The notes under the pieces: generated by a model
The model's input: the letters and a program-made list of their open reading frames with translations, nothing else
Database searches by the model: none
What the model was told of the DNA's origin: nothing
Translations under genes and position numbers: made by a program
Shown here: one piece after another, positions 49,880 through 53,935 of the stretch
Position numbering within the stretch: the stretch's first letter is position 1
Layout: every line of letters starts with the position of its first letter
Assembly (NCBI GenBank): GCA_046583315.1
Contig: JAYGCN010000317.1
Coordinates: 1-53,935, forward strand
Reading direction: 5' to 3'
Source of the DNA: Candidatus Hydrogenedentota bacterium
Lineage (GTDB): Bacteria; Hydrogenedentota; Hydrogenedentia; Hydrogenedentales; GCA-2746185
DNA: 53,935 nucleotides

Positions 49880-50751
49880 GGCAGCGCAACCCTATCGTCC
49901 GGCCCGTATTCGAACTGCTGAAGCGACTCTTCATCAACGTCAATTTCGAACTGAGACTCCAGCTCAACAATAAGGTCTTCAAGGATATTCTTACTCTCCG
50001 CTTCACGCCAACGCTGAAGAACAGCATCACGATTCTCCAAAAACGGTGGCAGACTCCCCTCCACCAGCTCATTCACGAACACCAGATGAGTACCAAGTCC
50101 CGACCGGATAGGGCCCGACCACTCAGACAACGGCGCAGCAAAAACGGCCTCGGCGAATTCAGGCCCCAAAACATTTCGCACTTCGGCCCAAGTCGCCCGA
50201 TCGAATTCGACTTCAAACGGAAAAGAATCGCCTCGCGGTTTCGAATCCTCTGAATGAGCGACAAGTGCCGCCTGCGCATCAGACGAAGCCGACTCCCTCT
50301 TATCGGGACTGAAATAGACCTGGCTGAAACTGATCGTCGACGGCGCAAGAAACTCACTCTCATTCGCCACGTACCAAGCCTGCAGCACCTCATTCTCCGG
50401 CACGATATCCACCGCCGCATCACCAAAAAGAAAATCGAACTTCTGCATCAGGCGACGGCGCACGATGGAATCCCGATCATCCAGGCCCATCGCCAGCGCG
50501 TGACGCACCTTCACTTCCGCTTCAATATGGGCATCAACAAGCGCAACCATTTCAAGACGAGACGGCGGACGGCGAAACTGCTTCTTGAAATTGTCGTAGA
50601 TCCACGCTTGTGTAGGGGCATCAACGACAATGCGACTGTCCATACGTGACTGTTCAGCCGTCTGCGAAAATCCGTAGAGCACGAATATCGCAGCACCGAT
50701 CAGCACGAACTGGATCAGCGGATCCTTCAGTATCGACAATGCTTTGAGCAT
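49876..50751 (-). CDS. PpiC/parvulin-type peptidyl-prolyl isomerase domain protein
   Basis: KDPLIQFVLIGA anchor, LGLDDRDSIVRRRLMQK-like motif, FSQVYFS, WSGPIRSGLGTHLV. Confidence 0.85.
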   Translation of the reverse strand: MLKALSILKDPLIQFVLIGAAIFVLYGFSQTAEQSRMDSRIVVDAPTQAWIYDNFKKQFRRPPSRLEMVALVDAHIEAEVKVRHALAMGLDDRDSIVRRRLMQKFDFLFGDAAVDIVPENEVLQAWYVANESEFLAPSTISFSQVYFSPDKRESASSDAQAALVAHSEDSKPRGDSFPFEVEFDRATWAEVRNVLGPEFAEAVFAAPLSEWSGPIRSGLGTHLVFVNELVEGSLPPFLENRDAVLQRWREAESKNILEDLIVELESQFEIDVDEESLQQFEYGPDDRVALP

Positions 50752-50799
50752 GGGTTCAGCCCGCCAGAATCCACACTACCATTTCAAAATCGCGCGCGA

Positions 50800-51870
50800 T
50801 CAAGCGAAATACGTATGGGCATCACGGGCCGCTATGATGTTCTCTTCAAAATGCTTGAAATTCTGCATATCCGAATTCACTACGTCCATTCCATTCTCGA
50901 CGAGATACGCGTAGGTACGTTGGAACGGATTCAATCCAGATTTCATCAATTTCTCGCTGTAATGGGCATCGTACATGGAAGGATCAGCGCCTGTGGCGCC
51001 CAATACACCCGCGGCCATGCCTTCATACGGGTTCAGAGCAATATGGCGCGCAGCCTTCATACCCACGAGACCAATGCCTGCCTTGCGTGCCTTGTCCAGG
51101 AAGGGCCGTAAATCTTTCATCGAGCCCCGGTCCGAAACTGTTTTGGATGTGACCGTGTCGTACCAGCCCGCTGGAGTAATCGCCACCATCGCCAAGTCAT
51201 ACCAATCAGTTTCAATTGCAACTTCAAGACATTCATGCGCGCGCAGGTGCGTGCTGATGCCCCAGTGCCCGACCTTGCCCGCTTCTTTCGCCTTCAGAAA
51301 CGCATTGCGGAGTTCTTCCGAACGTATCGCCTCAGGATTGCCCACCATCATCAGGTAATACGCGTCCACATAGTCGATGCCCATGTGTGACAGACTCTTG
51401 TCGATTTCTTTGGTCCAGAACGTAGCATCGGCCTTCGCCATCGCAACCGTATATTTCAGATCCGTGCCCACACCGATACCGCCGCGTGCAGGCGCTTTCG
51501 AGGTGATCCAGATTTCGTCGCGATGCCGATTCGCAAACTCCTTGATTGCTTTCTCGGAACCCTTATAATAATCATCGTATCCGATGTCATAATGATTGAC
51601 ACCATTGTCAAACGCGCGCTCAAGCAGTCGAACCGCCCGGCCTCCGGCAAGTGCAGCGCCGCAGCCAAAGACTAACTTGCTGCACATGAAGTTCGTCCGT
51701 CCCAGTTTTGTATACGACATCTTATCTGGCTGTTCATTCCGATGAATCAATCCATCATCAGCCGCATTCGCAGTCCCCGCGCTCGAAGCCAACATCGCCG
51801 AACCCGCGACCGCCGATGTCTTCATAAAGTCACGGCGATTTATGTGTAAATTCTTCTTGGTGTCTGACAT
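50800..51870 (-). CDS. Aldo/keto reductase family protein with Tat signal
   Basis: INRRDFMK signal; YTKLGRT, GVNHYD, SLSHMGIDYVDAYYL, KEAGKVGHWGISTH, GIGLVGMK. Confidence 0.85.
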   Translation of the reverse strand: MSDTKKNLHINRRDFMKTSAVAGSAMLASSAGTANAADDGLIHRNEQPDKMSYTKLGRTNFMCSKLVFGCGAALAGGRAVRLLERAFDNGVNHYDIGYDDYYKGSEKAIKEFANRHRDEIWITSKAPARGGIGVGTDLKYTVAMAKADATFWTKEIDKSLSHMGIDYVDAYYLMMVGNPEAIRSEELRNAFLKAKEAGKVGHWGISTHLRAHECLEVAIETDWYDLAMVAITPAGWYDTVTSKTVSDRGSMKDLRPFLDKARKAGIGLVGMKAARHIALNPYEGMAAGVLGATGADPSMYDAHYSEKLMKSGLNPFQRTYAYLVENGMDVVNSDMQNFKHFEENIIAARDAHTYFA

Positions 51871-52011
51871 GTCATTGCCTCCCGGATACGGATATAATTG
51901 ATTTCTGGATATGTTCTTTATTCATAGAAAATAGCACGCAAGGAAGCAAAGATCAAGCATAGGATATTGACGCAATCCACCTGTCAATAATTAACGGGGC
52001 TGATAACCTCG

Positions 52012-52866
52012 CTATCGCTCCCCTCGAGTGACATATCCCGATACGGTCCCCTCTGTGTCCTCGGCCATCGGAGCAGCATCAGGAGCGACATCCGGGGAAA
52101 CCACTCCACCAATGCTCACACCACCCGAAGCCGCAGGATTAACCTCAAGCGTCATTCTCGCGTTGATCTTCGAACCACCTGTAAAAGTCTCATTACTCGA
52201 AGTCGCGGACAAGTGACCGACAAATCGGATAATCCCCCCAACACCCACATTGAGCAACCCAACGCCCAGCGTGTTATTCGGAGACGCCTGTGTGCCATCG
52301 CCCTGCTGAAGGGCATTTAGATCCACATAAACCACCTCAGGTGGGCCATGAACCTGCACCTCCAGGTCGAGTTGATATGAACCGGCCGCACCAAGGTAGC
52401 CATCAACGATAATGTAGTAATTCACCCCTGCAACAGCATCAAACACAATAGTTTCAGTCTCGCCGGCGACTCCACCGTCAGAAACCCATACACAGGAATC
52501 GTCCACGTCATCACAATCGGTAACGATATAAATCGCGAGATCATCCGAATCAGGTTGCAACGTTAGAATAACGTCCTGGCTATCCTCTACATAGGTAAAT
52601 GTAACAACATTATCCGGTCCAAGTCCCGTATCGTCATAATAATCGCCGTTAATTCCTGAGCCAAAACAAAGGTTATCTTCAATCCCAAGAATAAAGACAT
52701 CGTCCGATTCTGCCGTAGTATAGTTAATCGTAAATGAATCTGTATACACGTCGGATGTGGAACATATCCCACTGGATGCATAAGACAACGACGAACTTAT
52801 AGTCGTGGTGACGAATACAAAAACACACCACAATCGATGGAGAAATATACTTGGCAACGATTTCAT
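52012..52866 (-). CDS. Secreted acidic hypothetical protein with PPC-like beta domain
   Basis: Hydrophobic N-terminus; GPDNVVTF, DLAIYIVTDC, CVWVSD, AGVNYYIIVDGY..AAGSYQL; C-terminal VVYVD...GDGTQASPNNTL module. Lower GC than neighbours. Confidence 0.65.
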   Translation of the reverse strand: MKSLPSIFLHRLWCVFVFVTTTISSSLSYASSGICSTSDVYTDSFTINYTTAESDDVFILGIEDNLCFGSGINGDYYDDTGLGPDNVVTFTYVEDSQDVILTLQPDSDDLAIYIVTDCDDVDDSCVWVSDGGVAGETETIVFDAVAGVNYYIIVDGYLGAAGSYQLDLEVQVHGPPEVVYVDLNALQQGDGTQASPNNTLGVGLLNVGVGGIIRFVGHLSATSSNETFTGGSKINARMTLEVNPAASGGVSIGGVVSPDVAPDAAPMAEDTEGTVSGYVTRGER

Positions 52867-53321
52867 TTTGTCACTTCACTAACGGCCAGCCAGAAGAATT
52901 ACTCACTTGACTCAATCATGTCTTTTCACTGTTAGTTAATCGCAGATCCCAAGCTTAGTAATATACGCCTTAATCCACATTTTGTCAACAACTTGTCAAA
53001 CTTACCTTACTCACGGTGATATAGATTGAAATATTGAGCGATTTCAAAAATGTCGGTCATTTCAGAAAACGGCCGTCATAATTATGGGTGTTACATCCAC
53101 AAATAAAATATCCCCAATGTACAATAAAAGCAGTACAATTCCCTTATTGCCCCACACTATTGGAACTCTATCAATGCCGTTCACACGGCTCGAAATGCCG
53201 GGAAAGTGTTCAAGATTCACCTGAATCAGTTTTATTAACTATTCACCAATCTGAGCACTTTTGAGCCAAACTTGTCTTTAGTCGAAAAAACAAAATTACC
53301 TCTACAAGTACATAATTTCTA

Positions 53322-53357
53322 ACATTTGACCTTCTTACTACATTTGACCTTCTTACT
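53322..53357. repeat. Perfect 18-bp tandem duplication
   Basis: ACATTTGACCTTCTTACT occurs twice in tandem in AT-rich non-coding DNA. Confidence 0.9.
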
Positions 53358-53935
53358 AAATATACGTAGTGTATATAAGTTAATGGTATACAGTATATAC
53401 GGTATATTTGGTGTTTATAATTTATAACCTATTTTGAGTACATATTCACCGTTTGGGCAAATATTTATTTCGAAAAATCTTATACTTGTCAGTATTTACC
53501 CAATATAGACCGTTTTTTATTGAATTTTACCTTTTTGCCCTCACACAATCTCGCTGTTTTACAACTTTTAGGGGGATTGTATATTTTTTTAACTTTTTGT
53601 ATATTAGGATCACCTAGATGACACGGCTCTACTGTCTATCAGTACCTGTTTAGACAAGGTTGTGAGTCGTTCTTGCCTGGGGCTGCGCTGGTTTGATTTT
53701 CTACCTGTGATTTCAGGAAGAGAATCGGTGTTTGGCAAACACAGGCTGTACGATGGGTTCAAGTTCGGACCCGCCTTACGTTTTAGTTTAATTCATTGGT
53801 GTCGAGGGCTTTGTATCGCCTGAATGGCATCAGGAAATTGCGGAGATTGAATTTCTGCTATGTGGCAATGAGCTGTTCCATTTTTGACGGTAGCAAAATA
53901 TTGGGAAAGAAGATGTATTGTTTTTCCTTTTATTT

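Noticed and set aside
51965..51989. TATTGAC-n11-GTCAATA inverted repeat as a terminator or operator
   Set aside because: Only a 7-bp AT-rich stem with no U-tract and no second copy found.
52960..53610. Replication origin
   Set aside because: Only one 8/9 DnaA-box match was seen (TAATCCACA, about 52971), and there are no dnaA/dnaN/gidA-type neighbours in the window.

Overview
Bacterial chromosomal window (roughly 55% GC) with about 40 mostly catabolic genes. There is no rRNA, intact tRNA or CRISPR array. The protein families present (periplasmic VOC, heme-copper monooxygenase-like, DUF3604, DMFase-like, rve-type IS) resemble those of Hydrogenedentota/Planctomycetota/Acidobacteriota-type organisms; this assignment is inference only. 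(1) 1-0.9 kb: a truncated Tat-secreted gene fused to the 3' remnant of a serine-recombinase-associated gene, followed by a tRNA-3'-end-like site. (2) 1.2-9.6 kb: a TetR-associated catabolic cluster. (3) 9.6-21 kb: a mosaic of single accessory genes separated by decayed rve-type IS fragments, IS ends, a 95-bp MITE-like element, two further copies of the 40-bp tRNA-like site and a decayed tRNA-Ser(UGA) fragment. (4) 21-47 kb: CoA-dependent and terpenoid catabolism, including a linalool dehydratase/isomerase homologue next to an ABA4-like gene, a heteromeric acyl-CoA dehydrogenase pair, and an operon joining atuA-atuC-atuF to an lvaC-lvaA-lvaB-like module. (5) 47-54 kb: the DUF3604/HupE-UreJ/PPIase trio, a Tat aldo-keto reductase, a secreted acidic protein and about 1 kb of AT-rich non-coding DNA. 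The strongest novelty candidates are the repeated tRNA-mimic att-like sites and the atu+lva operon with its Ldi/ABA4 neighbours. All family calls come from motif recognition; no searches were run.
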